Positions 17,397-34,126 of a stretch of 64,000 nucleotides of DNA are shown here, piece after piece. The first letter of the stretch is position 1; each line of letters begins with the position of its first letter. The notes beneath the pieces are model-generated. The model saw nothing but the letters and a program-made list of their open reading frames with translations. It was not told the origin of the DNA and made no database searches. The position numbers were made by a program, and so were the translations under genes. Source of the DNA: the human T2T-CHM13v2.0 reference genome, Homo sapiens; NCBI RefSeq assembly GCF_009914755.1, contig NC_060946.1; one strand, given 5' to 3'.

Positions 17397-17877
17397 TGAT
17401 ATGGTTTGGCTCTGTGTCCTCACCCAAATCTCACCTTGAACTGTAATAATTATCAGGTGTCAAGGGTGGGACCAGGTGGAGATAATTGAATCATGGGGGT
17501 GGTTTCTCCATGCTGTTCTCGTGAGAGTGAGTGAGTTCTCAGGAGATCTGATGGTTTTATAAGGGGCTGCCGCCATCACGCTCCTCTCCTTTCTGGTTTC
17601 ATTTGAGACGGAGTTTCGCTCTTGTTGCTGGAGTGCAGTGCAGCTCACTGCAACCTCTGCCTCCCGGTTCAAGCGATTCTGCCTCAGCTTCCTGAGTAGC
17701 TGGGATTACAGGCGTGTGCCACCATGTGCCACCTTGTGAAGAGGTGCCTTCTGCCATGATTGTAAGTTTCCTGAGGCCTCCCCAGCCATGCGGAACTGTG
17801 AGTCATTAAACCTCTTTTCTTTATAAGTTACCCAGTCTTAAGTATGTCTTATAGTAGTGTGAGAATGGACTAATGCA
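17397..17877 (+). mobile_element. THE1D/MSTA-like solo LTR with an internal Alu fragment (17600-17726)
   Basis: tgatatggtttggctctgtgtc...gagaatggactaatgca; TSD ctgat/ctgac. Confidence 0.85.
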
Positions 17878-18177
17878 CTGACATTCCTGTTCATATACCT
17901 GATTAGGTCATGCTGATTCTGTCTTATTGTCTTTTAATTGGTATTTTTGCATCTAGGCTGATGAGTGAGACTTACTTTGTCAGGTTTTAGTATCAGGGTA
18001 ATTCTAGTCTCAAAAATGAATTGAGGCCATTTTATGCTCTTTAATATTCATTTTCTATTGCTTTTCTATTCTCTGGAAGAGCTTGTGTATGATTGGCGTG
18101 GTTTCTAGAAGAGCTTATGATTGGCATGATCTCTTCCTTAAATGTTTGGTTGAATTTGTAGGGCCTGGGTTTTTCTT

Positions 18178-18496
18178 TTTACTTTTATTTTACTTTAAGT
18201 TCTCGGATGCATGTACAGAATGTGCAGGTTTGTGACATAGGTACACATGTGCCGTGGTGGTTTGCTGCACCTATCAACCCGTCATCTAGGTTTTAAGCTC
18301 TGCATGCATTAGGTATTTGTCCTAATGCTCTCCCTCCCCTTGCCCCCATCCCCTGACAGGCCCCGGTGTGTGATGTTCCCCTCCCTGTGTCCATGTGTTC
18401 TCACTGTTCAACTCCCATTTATGAGGACATGTGGTGTTTTCTCTTCCTGTGTTAGTTTGTTTGCTGAGAACGATGGTTTCCAGCTTCATCCTTGTC
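18178..18496 (-). mobile_element. Short 5'-truncated L1PA (L1PA7-8-like) 3' end
   Basis: L1 3'UTR; TSD cctggg(t/g)ttttctt. Confidence 0.85.
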
Positions 18497-18654
18497 CCTG
18501 GGGTTTTCTTAGTGGGAAAGATTTGGTTATGGATTCAATTGATTTTATTACTACAGGACTCTTTAAATTTTTATTTTTCTAATATCAGCTTTGAAAACTT
18601 GTACTTTTTATTTTATATTTTCAAATGCTTTGGATATGATTTTTTCATAACAAT

Positions 18655-19060
18655 TTCCTTTTTAGTCCTTTTGGGTTACTGTGACAAAATACCTCAGACT
18701 GGGTAACTTACAAACAATAGAAATTTATTTCTCACAGTTCTGAATACTGGGAAGTCCATGATCAGGGAACTGGCAGATGTGGGGTGTGGGGAAGACTCGC
18801 TCTCTGCCTCCAAGATCGCAGCTTGTTGCTGTGTCCTCTGGGGATGAATGCTGTGTCTTCACATGATAGAAGAGATGGAAAGGCAAAAAGGCCCAGAAAG
18901 TCCCCTCCAGCCCTTTTATAATGTCACTAATCCCATTCATGAGGGTTCCATCCTCAGGACTTAATCACTTCCTAAGGGCCCCAACTCTTAATACTATCAC
19001 ATTGGGTCTTAGGTTTCAAAATATTAATTTTGGGGGAAAACATACATTTGAACCATTTCA
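18655..19060 (-). mobile_element. MSTC/MSTD/MLT1A-like MaLR LTR
   Basis: ttagtccttttgggttactgtgacaaaatacctcagactgggt...tttgaaccatttca. Confidence 0.8.
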
Positions 19061-19306
19061 GCCTCTTTTTTATGCTTGCTGGATGTGTAGTGGTGTCTTC
19101 TTTTTAATTTCTGATATTGGAATTTGTCTTCTTTCATTTTTATCATATGAGTTTTGCCAGGGATTTATCAATTTTATTTTTTTAAAGAGCTAGCATTTGG
19201 CTTTGCTGATCCTCTCTGTGTTATGTTTATTTTCTTTTTCTTTAGTTGTGTATTTATCTTCATTGTTCTCTTCCTTTTTATATACTTTGTGTTTATTTGA
19301 CTGTTC

Positions 19307-19577
19307 TTTTTTTTTTTTTTTTTGAGATGGAGTCTTTCTCTGTTACCCAGGCTGCCACCCTCCGCCTCCCGGGTTCAAGCGATTCTCTTGCCTCAGCCTC
19401 CCGAGTAGCTGGGATTACAGGCGTGCGCCACCATGCCTGGCCAATTTTTTGTATTTTTATAGTAGAGACGGGGTTTCACCGTATTGGTCAGGCTGGTCTT
19501 GAACTCCTGACCTCGTGATCCGCCCACCTTGGCCTCCCAAAGTGCTGGGATTACAGGCGTGAGGCACTGCGCCGGGG
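19307..19577 (-). mobile_element. AluS SINE with an internal deletion
   Basis: aggctg|ccaccctccgcc deletion; TSD actgttct. Confidence 0.85.
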
Positions 19578-19957
19578 TCAACTGTTCTATTTTTAATTTG
19601 TGAGAAGTATGGCTGACATTAGTTTTCAGTCAAACTTGTGTATCAACTTGGGGAAAACTGACACATTTACTGTGTTGTCTTCCAACTCATGAACATGCTA
19701 CGTCTCTTCATTAATTTAGATGTTCTTTGATTTCTTTACCACGATAGGCTCTTAAGCTTGAATTTTCTTTTAAGCACTTATTCATCTGAATCACATAAGT
19801 TTTAATATGTAACAATTCCCTTATACTCAAATGTATTCTACTTTTCATTATGATTTATTCCTTGACCTTAGCATATTTATATTTCTTGTTTTCCAAATGT
19901 ATGGAAATTTTTATATTTTATATATATGTGTATGTGTATATATATGTATGTATATAT

Positions 19958-20164
19958 ATTTTTTTCTTTTCTTTTTTTTTTTTGGAGACGGAGTCTCATT
20001 CTGTCACTCAGGCTGGAGTGCAATGGCACAATCTTGGCTCACTGCAACCTTTGCCTCCCGGGTTCAAGTGATTCTTGTGCCTCAGTCTCCTGAGAAGCTG
20101 AGATTACAGGTGTGCACCACTACACCCGGCTATTTTTTAATATTTTTAGTAGAGACGGGGTTTT
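19958..20164 (-). mobile_element. AluS right arm plus linker; left arm lost
   Basis: Ends at gagacggggtttt and runs into an AT repeat. Confidence 0.85.
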
Positions 20165-20350
20165 AGTATATATATATAACATATATACTAGATATTATAT
20201 ATAATATATAATACATATACTAGATATTATATATAATATATATATTATATTCTATATATTATATATAGTATACTAGATATTATATATAATACACACTAGA
20301 TATTATATATAATATATACTAGATATTATATATATTTTTCTAATATATAT
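20165..20350. repeat. AT-rich minisatellite (tatatactagatattatatataata)n
   Basis: tactagatattatatata recurs about 5 times. Confidence 0.85.
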
Positions 20351-20649
20351 GGTATATGGAACTATAGGAATTTTCTAATCTGTACACACATATTTTCTAA
20401 TATGTACATACTAGATATATATTTGTTTTTTTCTAGTGTATGTGTGTGTGTGTATATGCTAGAAAATCCCCATATGTTTGGAAAACAGCATTCATCCTCA
20501 GAGAACACAGCAACAGGGTGCTATCTTGGAGGCAGAGAGTGAGTCTTCCCCAGATCCCACATCTGCCAGTGCCTTGATCTTGGACTTCCCAGCCTTCAGG
20601 ACTGTGAGAAATATAGTAGAAAATTCCTATATATATATATTTTATAGAA

Positions 20650-22340
20650 TTCTATCTTAATGGCATTGTGGTCAAATAAAGTCCTCTGAAGTTCACTGAT
20701 ACTTGCTTAATTATACAGTATAACATAACTTTTTGTAAAAGTTCTGTGTCTGTATGAGGAAAATGTGTATTGGTATGTGTTGAATGCATTGTTCTAGATA
20801 TCTCCACTAGGTAGATTTCTTAATCACATTCAGTTCTTCATATTCTTACTTATTTTTCATCTGATTGTTTGACCTGTTGTAGAGAGAGGTAGGTTAAAAT
20901 TTCCCAGTATAATTGTGATTTTGTCTACTTCTTATAGTTCTATCAGTTTTGCTATATATATTTTGAGGTTATGTGTCAGTAGGTGCCTACCAATTTAAGA
21001 TAGTGACATTTTCTTGTAGAATTGGCTTTTATCATTATGAAATGTTATTCTTTATCTTTGCTAATACTTCTCATCTTTAAGTATACTTTAATATTATTAC
21101 AGATACACCAGTTTTTCTGTTTATTGTTTGAGTTAGTGCTTGCACAGCATGTCTTTTCCCATCCTTTTACTTGCACTTATTTTCTGTGACCTAATGTTGT
21201 AAATGTCTTTTATAAACATCATATAGTTGGTGTTTTTGGTTTTTAAGAAATCCTATCTGGTAGTCTTTGTGTTTTAAATGGTGCATTTCATTCACCTATA
21301 TTTGATGTAATTACTAAAATATTTGGTTTTAAATGTTTTAATGATGTGGTTTTTTTGGTCCCACCTGTTTTATATTCTTCTTTCTTCTCAATTTTTGTTT
21401 TCTTCTTTTGGATAAGTGCATTTTGTCATTCCATGTTTTCCTTAATATTACCTTGGAAGTTACATTTTCTTTTACTGTTATTGCAACTGTTACCCTAGAG
21501 ATTACAAAATGCATCCGTAACATAATATTGTAAATATTGTTTGGTATTCCTGGACAATCCAAGGACCTAACAATAGTTTAACTTAATTTATACCCCTCCT
21601 GTGTTCTCTGCAGTTGTTATGTATTTTATTTCTGTATATTTTAAAACCCATGAAACATTATTACAGCCATCAAATGAGCCATTCTTTATTTAGATTTTCC
21701 CCAGACATAACCTTCCTGTTGCTCTTTATTCCTTTCTGTATCATCAACCTCTGCCTAGAATCATTTGTTTTACTGTCTAAAGAAGACACTTTGGTATATT
21801 TTTTAAAGTTGGGGCCCATTAGTTATTAGTTATATATTTTAAAAATTTTAATCTTTTCTAAGAAGTCTTATTTTACCTTCACTCTTGAAAGATATTTTTG
21901 CTAGGTTTAGAATTCAAACATACATACTGTTTGATATAGTAGTATAAAATAATATTATATTGTCTTCTAGTTTCCAGTACTTTTACTGTAGTTTGTAACT
22001 CTAATTGTGCTTCCTTGAAGTTAATCTCCACCCCCACCCCAGCCCTTTTCTGACTGCTTTTAAGGTTTTCTCTTTGTCTTCTACTTCAGTTTAGTAGAGC
22101 TTCTTGAATTTGTGGCTTGATGTCTTTCAGTAGTTGCAGAAAATTCTTAGCCTTTTATCTCTTCAAACAGTATTTCTCCTCCAATCCCTTTCACATTGCC
22201 TACTGGAACAATTGTATTTGTTACATATCTCCTATGACTGCTAAGTACTTTTCTGTGTTTTTCATCCTTTTATCCTCTGCTCTTCATTCTGGATGTTTTC
22301 TTGTGACATATCTTCAGGTTGATTAATTATCTCTCCAGTT
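20650..22340 (-). mobile_element. Ancient L1M remnant
   Basis: T-rich degenerate L1 motifs (ttaaaatttcccagtataattgtgattttgtct; ttttgctaggtttagaattc). Confidence 0.6.
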
Positions 22341-22904
22341 GTATCTAATCTGATTTTGTAAATTAAACCTTTTTATTCTGTGATAATTGCATATGCACAT
22401 GCAATTGTGAGAAGTAGTACAGAGACATTCTTTTACTTGGTTTCCTTCAGCTGCAACATCTTGCAAAACTACATTACAATATCACAACTAGGATACTGAC
22501 ATCAAAACACTTGAAGATACAGGGCATTTCCATCACAAGGATCCCTCCTGTGGCTCTTTGATAGCCACACCCACTTTCCTCCTGCCCCACCCCCTCCTTA
22601 ATCCCTGACAATCATTAATATGGTATCCATTTTTATAATTGCATCATTTTAAGAGTATTATATAAATACAATGGTGGTTGGCTTTTTCTTTTTTTTTTTA
22701 TTATACTTTAAGTTTTAGGGTACATGTGCACATTGTGCAGGTTAGTTACATATGTATACATGTGCCATGCTGGTGCGCTGCACCCACTAACTCGTCATCT
22801 AGCATTAGGTATATCTCCTGATGCTATCCCTCCCCCCTCCCCCCACCCCACAACAGTCCCCAGAGTGTGATATTCCCCTTCCTGTGTCCATGTGATCTCA
22901 TTGT

Positions 22905-26744
<3,840 letters not shown>

Positions 26745-26792
26745 TTATTTTGCTCGTTAGTTGATGCAGTTTCTTCCTAGTCTCGATGGTCT

Positions 26793-27809
26793 TTACATTT
26801 TGGCATGATTTTGCAGGGGCTGGTACTGGTTGTTCCTTTCCATGTTTAGCGCTTCCTTCAGGAGCTCTTGTAAGGCAGGCCTGGTGGTGACAAAATCTCT
26901 CAGCATTTGCTTGTCTGTAAAGTATTTTATTTCTCCTTCACTTATGAAGCTTAGTTTGGCTGGATATGAAATTCTGGGTTGAAAATTCTTTTCTTTAAGA
27001 ATGTTGAATATTGGCCCCCACTCTCTTCTGGCTTGTAGGGTTTCTGCCGAGAGATCCGCTGTTAGTCTGATGAGCTTCCCTTTGAGGGTAACCCGACCTT
27101 TCTCTCTGGCTGCCCTTAACATTTTTTCCTTCATTTCAACTTTGGTGAATCTGACAATTGTGTGTCTTGGAGTTGCTCTTCTCGAGGAGTATCTTTGTGG
27201 CATTCTCTGTATTTCCTGAATCTGAACGTTGGCCTGCCTTGCTAGATTGGGGAAGTTCTCCTGGATAATATCCTGCAGAGTGTTTTCCAACTTGGTTCCA
27301 TTCTCCCCATCACTTTCAGGTAAACCAATCAGACGTAAATTTGGTCTTTTCACATAGTCCTATATTTCTTGGAGGCTTTGCTCATTTCTTTTTATTCTTT
27401 TTTCTCTAAACTTCCCTTCTCGCTTCATTTCATTCATTTCATCTTCCATCGCTGATACCCTTTCTTCCAGTTGATCGCATCGGCTCCTGAGGCTTCTGCA
27501 TTCTTCATGTAGTTCTCGAGCCTTGGTTTTCAGCTCCATCAGCTCCTTTAAGCACTTCTCTGTATTGGTTATTCTAGTTATACATTCTTCTAAATTTTTT
27601 TCAAAGTTTTCAACTTCTTTGCCTTTGGTTTGAATGTCCTCCCATAGCTCAGAGTAATTTGATCGTCTGAAGCCTTCTTCTCTCAGCTCGTCAAAGTTAT
27701 TCTCCATCCAGCTTCGTTCCGTTGCTGGTGAGGAACTGCGTTCCTTTGGAGGAGGAGAGGCGCTCTGCTTTTTAGAGTTTCCAGTTTTTCTGTTCTGTTT
27801 TTTCCCCAT
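26793..27809 (-). pseudogene. L1 ORF1p with a single premature stop
   Basis: MGKKQNRKTGNSK...QNHAKM; TGG>TAG at 27360-27362 (codon 150). Confidence 0.95.
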
Positions 27810-28704
27810 CTTTATGGTTTTATCTACTTTTGGTCTTTGATGATGGTGATGTACAGATGGGTTTTTGGTGTGGATGTCCTTTCTGTTTGTTAGTTTTCCT
27901 TCTAACAGAGAGGACCCTCAGCTGCAGGTCTGTTGGAGTACCCTGCCGTGTGAGGTGTCAGTGTGCCCCTGCTGGGGGGGTGCCTTCCAGTTAGGCTGCT
28001 CAGGGGTCAGGGGTCAGGGACCCACTTGAGGAGGCAGTCTGCCTGTTCTCAGATCTCCAGCTGCATGCTGGGAGAACCACTGCTCTCTTCAAAGCTGTCA
28101 GACAGGGACATTTAAGTCTGCAGAGGTTACTGCTGTCTTTTTGTTTGTCTGTGCCCTGCCACCAGAGATGGAGCCTACAGAGGCAGGCAGGCCTCCTTGA
28201 GCTGTGGTGAGCTCCACCCAGTTTGAGCTTCCCAGCTGCTTTGTTTACCTAATCAAGCCTGGGCAATGGCGGGCGCCCCTCCCCAAGCCTCGCTGCTGCC
28301 TTGCAGTTTGATCTCAGACTGCTGTGCTAGCAATCAGCGAGACTCCGTGGGCGTAGGAACCTCTGAGCCAGGTGCGGGATATAATCTCGTAGTGCACCGT
28401 TTTTTAAGCCAGTCGGAAAAGCGCAGTATTCGGGTGGGAGTGACCTGATTTTCCAGGTGCCGTCTGTCACCCCTTTCTTTGACTCAGAAAGGGCACTCCC
28501 TGACCCCTTGCACTTCCCAAGTGAGGCAATGCCTCGCCCTGCTTCGGCTCGCGCATGGTGCGCGCACCCACTGACCTGCGCCCACTGTCTGGCACTCCCT
28601 AGTGAGATGAACCCGGTACCTCAGATGGAAATGCAGAAATCACCCGTCTTCTGCGTCGCTCAGGCTGGGAGCTGTAGACCGGAGCTGTTCCTATTAGGCC
28701 ATCT
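27810..28704. promoter_or_regulatory. L1 5'UTR with sense and antisense promoters; YY1 core retained
   Basis: CpG-rich 5'UTR; ggccatctt (YY1 site AAGATGGCC) at 28697-28705. Confidence 0.75.
28266..28448 (+). CDS. L1 antisense ORF0, truncated to 60 aa
   Basis: MAGAPPQASLLPCSLISDCCASNQRDSVGVG... matches primate L1 ORF0; strong Kozak gcaATGG; ends early at CGA>TGA. Confidence 0.85.
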   Translation: MAGAPPQASLLPCSLISDCCASNQRDSVGVGTSEPGAGYNLVVHRFLSQSEKRSIRVGVT

Positions 28705-28951
28705 TTGGCTTTTTCATTAAGCATAATATCTGGAGCTTCATCCAGATTTTTGCGTGTATCAATAGTTACTTTTTATTGTCACATAGTATTCCATGTTATG
28801 AATGTACTACAATTTGTTTAACCATTCTCCAGTTGAAGTACATGTGGATTTTTCCCATGTGTTTTTCATCATTTTATCTCTGTCATAAAGTTGCCATAAA
28901 TGTTATTTACAGGTTTTTGTATGAACATTAGTTTTAATTTAAATGGAATAA

Positions 28952-29291
<340 letters not shown>

Positions 29292-29484
29292 ACATATTCA
29301 GTTTCTAAAGAAACTATCAAACTGTTTTCCAGAGTAGCTGTAACATTTTACAGCCCCACCAGCAAGGTTTTTTATTTTTGCTATTCTGATAGGTGTGTAG
29401 TGATACTACACTGTGGTTTTAATATGCATCTGTCTAATGATTAATGATGTTAAATAGTTTCATGTACTTATTTGCTGTCTGTAT

Positions 29485-30172
29485 TTAACAAAACAGTATA
29501 AAACTTATAACCTGAAAACTGCAAAACATTCTTGAAAGAAATTTTAAAAGGTCTAAATAAATAAAAAGACATCCTATGTTCATGGATTGGAATACTTAAT
29601 ATTGTTAATGTGACAATACTCACCAAATTGATCTATAAATTCGACAAAGTCCCTCTCAAAATCCTAGCTACCTTATTTGCAAAAATTGACAAGCTGATCC
29701 TGACATTTATATGGAAATGCAAGAGACCCATATTAGCCAAAATAGTCTTGAAGAACAAAGTTTGAAGACTCAGACTTCCCAGTTTTAAAACTTACAAGAA
29801 AGCTATGCTAATAAAGAGAATGGTACTGGCATAAAAATAGGTATATTAATCAAAGGAACATAAAGTACAAAAAAAAACCCCTCACATTTATGGTCAGTTG
29901 GTTTTTGATAGTGGTGCCAGAACAATTACAAATTGTACTGACAATTGGATATCCACATGAAAAAGAATGAAGTTGGACCTCTACCTTCCCATATACAAAA
30001 TTAACTCAAAGTGGATCAAAGACCTAAATGTAAGAGCTAAAACTATAAAGTTCCTAGAAGAGAACATATGGGTAATTCTTCATGACTTTGGATTAGGCAA
30101 TGGTTTCTTAGATATGAAACCAAAGGCACAAGCAACAATATAAAAAATAGATAAATTGAACTTCCTCAAAAT
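29485..30172 (+). mobile_element. L1M ORF2 fragment in opposite orientation to its host L1
   Basis: gacatcctatgttcatggattggaatacttaatattg... and atacaaaaattaactcaaagtggatcaaagacctaaatgtaag are sense-strand ORF2. Confidence 0.75.
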
Positions 30173-31102
30173 TATTTGCCCTTTGTATATCCTCTTTAAA
30201 TGGATATCCTCAGTAAAATGTCTCTTCATGTCTACTTTGATTGTTTTTGTCTTTTACTGTTTACTTTTGAGTGTTTTTTTTTTTTGTGTGTCTAGCTACT
30301 AGTCCTTTGCTGGGTATGTGGTTTGAAATTTTTTTTTACAGTCTGTAGCTTGTCTGTTCCTCCCTTTAACAGGGTCTCTCACAGAGCAAAACATTTTGAT
30401 TGTGATTAAGTCCAATTAATCAATTTTTATTTTAAAGAATATTTTCCCAAAGTTTTATAGTTTTACATTTAACATTTAAATTTATATTCTACTTTAGTAT
30501 TATTTTTACTTAGTATGTAAGACTTAGGTACTTACCTCAAGGGTCTATTTTATCTTTTTCCTATGAATGTCCAATTGCTCCAGCACCATTTGTTGGAAAG
30601 CCTATCTTTCCCTTATCAAACTGCTTTTGCCCCTTAGCCAAAAACCAATTTCGCAAATATGTGTGGGTCTATTTAAGTTCTCTCTTCTGTTCCATTCATC
30701 TGTGTGTCTGTCCTTCTAACAAAACTACGTAGACTTGATTGTTATAGCTATATAAGTAGTAAAATTGGGTTGAGTGATTACCCCCATTTCTCCCACTTTA
30801 CTCTGTTTCAAAATTATCTTAAGCTATTCTTGTCCTTTGCTTTTCTGTATAAATTTTAGAATAATTTTGTCTGTCTTCAAAAAAATCTTCCTGGGATTTT
30901 GGCAGGAATTGGAGATAACTGACATCAATCTGATTTGGGGAGAATTGACATCTTTGTTGAGTATTTCAATCTGTGAATATGTCACATCTCTTCATTTATT
31001 TAGATTTCCTTCAGCAGTGTTTTCTCTTTTTTAAAAAAATAATTTGTTTACTTATTTTTTTTCTTTTTTTAAGCAGTGTTTTGTAGTTTTCAGGATATGG
31101 GT

Positions 31103-31586
31103 GTGAACCCAAAAGTCTCTGAGACAGATCTCAATCAATTTAGAAAGATTATTTTCCCAAGATTAAGGACACACCCATGACACAGCTTCAGAAGATCCTC
31201 ACGACACGTGTCCAAGGTGGCTGGGGCACAGCTTGGTTTTATACATTTTAGGGAGACATGAGACATCATCAATATGTGTAAGGTATACATTGGTTCGGTC
31301 CAGAAAGGTGGGACAACTCAAAGTGGGGTAAAGGACTTCTGGGTCATAGGTAAGTAAGAGACAAATGTTTGCATTCTTTTGAGTCTCTGATCAGCCAGCC
31401 TTTCACCAAAAACACAATCTACATGTGGGGTGGCGTAGAGTAGCCGCCACTTCTACCTTAGTTTGGCTTTAGTGAAACAATAGGTCAGAGGGAGGAAATC
31501 AGACATGGCATTTGTCTCATGTGAGCAGAAGGAGGACTTTGAGTTCTGTCTGTCCTTTGTCCACAAGGAATTTCCTTGTGGGAAAA
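31103..31586 (-). mobile_element. MER4A-like ERV1 LTR, truncated
   Basis: tgtgaacccaaaagtctctgagacagatctcaatcaatttagaaag...cagcttggttttatacattttagggagacatgagacatc. Confidence 0.8.
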
Positions 31587-32051
31587 TCACAATTTCAGAT
31601 TGGCTTCTTTCACTCAGTAATATGCATCTGTGTTTCCTCCATGTCTTTTAATGGCTTGATACCTCATTTCTTTTTAGCATTGAATAATCTTGTATTGTCT
31701 GGATGTACCACAGTTTATATCTGTCCACCTACAGATGGACATCTTGGTTTCTTCCAAGTTTCGGCAATTATGAATAAAGCTATAAACACCCATGTGCAGG
31801 TTTTGTGTGGACATAAGTTGTCAACTCCTTTGGGTAAATACCAAGAAGTGTGAATGCTGAGTCGGATGGTAAAAATATGTTTTGTTTTGTAAGAAACTGC
31901 CAAACTGTCTTCCAAAGTGGGTACCATTTTGCATTCCCACAGCAGTGAATGAGAGCTCCTATTTCTCCACATTCTCACCAGCATTTGGTGTTGCTGGTGT
32001 TCTGGATTTTGGCCATTCTAATAGGTGTGTCATGGTATCTCATTGTTTTAA

Positions 32052-32596
<545 letters not shown>

Positions 32597-33758
32597 CTGT
32601 TTTCTTATGGTTGAGTTTTAAGAATTCTTTGTATATTTTGGCTAATGATCCTTTAGCAGCTGTGTCTTTTTGCAAATATTTTCTCCCGTTCTTTGGCTTG
32701 TCTTTTCATTCTCTTGATAGTATTTCACAGAGCAGAAATGTTTAATTTTAATGAAGTCCAACTTATCAATTCTTTCTTTCATAGATCGTGTCTTTGGTGT
32801 TGTATCTAACAAGTCATTGCCAAACCAAGGTCATCTAGATTTTCTCCTATATTCTAGGAGTTCTACAGTTTTTTTTTTCTTTTTCACTTAGGTCTATGAT
32901 CCATTTTGAGTTAATTTTGTGGAGTGTAAAGTCTGTGTTCAGATTCGTATTTTTCCACGTGAATGTCCACTTGTTCCAGCACCATTTCTTGAAAAGACTA
33001 TTTTTTCCTCCATTCTGTTGCTTTTGCTCCTCTGTCAAAGATCAGTTGACTATTTTATGTAGGTCTATTTCTGGGCTATATATTCTGTTCATTGTCTGTT
33101 CTTTTGCCAATACCACACTGTCTTATGTAATCTGCTTTTCAACTCATGTACCGAGACCTTAATTTGGGTTATTATGTACTTTTTAAAAAATTTCTCCAGT
33201 TTCTAATCAGCTCTTTAAAAATTTTCCTGTATCTTTTTTTTATGGGTTTCAGATGTGATTTTATGTATTTGGAGCACAGTAAGCAAGTGTGGCTGTGTGA
33301 AGACACGTATCTGACTGCTCCCTTGCCTACGAGATGAGAAACAAGAGGCACATGGCACGTCACACCAGGGGCCACTGAAGGCATGCCGTCTGCAGTGATT
33401 GGCCCTGTCCCCCCACCCCCCACGTGCTTTCGGCTCTGTCTCGTCTGGTGCCAGTGCCAGATTCAGGGCACTGTCACTCCTCTCTGACCTTGCCCCTGCC
33501 CCTTTAGAGGTGGCGTCCACCTGCCATGGGCATTGAGTGTTCAGGATGGACTCACATGCCCAGTTCCCCCTAACACCACCTTGGCTGGGACCCCAGTCCC
33601 TGGTCCTCCACCCTCCCCTACAGAATGACAAATTATGTGGGCACAGGTTCCCTTGAGCTCATTTTAAAACATTGAAGCAAACGTCAATCTAGGGAACAGT
33701 TGACATGACACTCCTTTATTAAAACCTAGGGACATTGTTATAAAAACTACTGTATATA

Positions 33759-34126
<368 letters not shown>

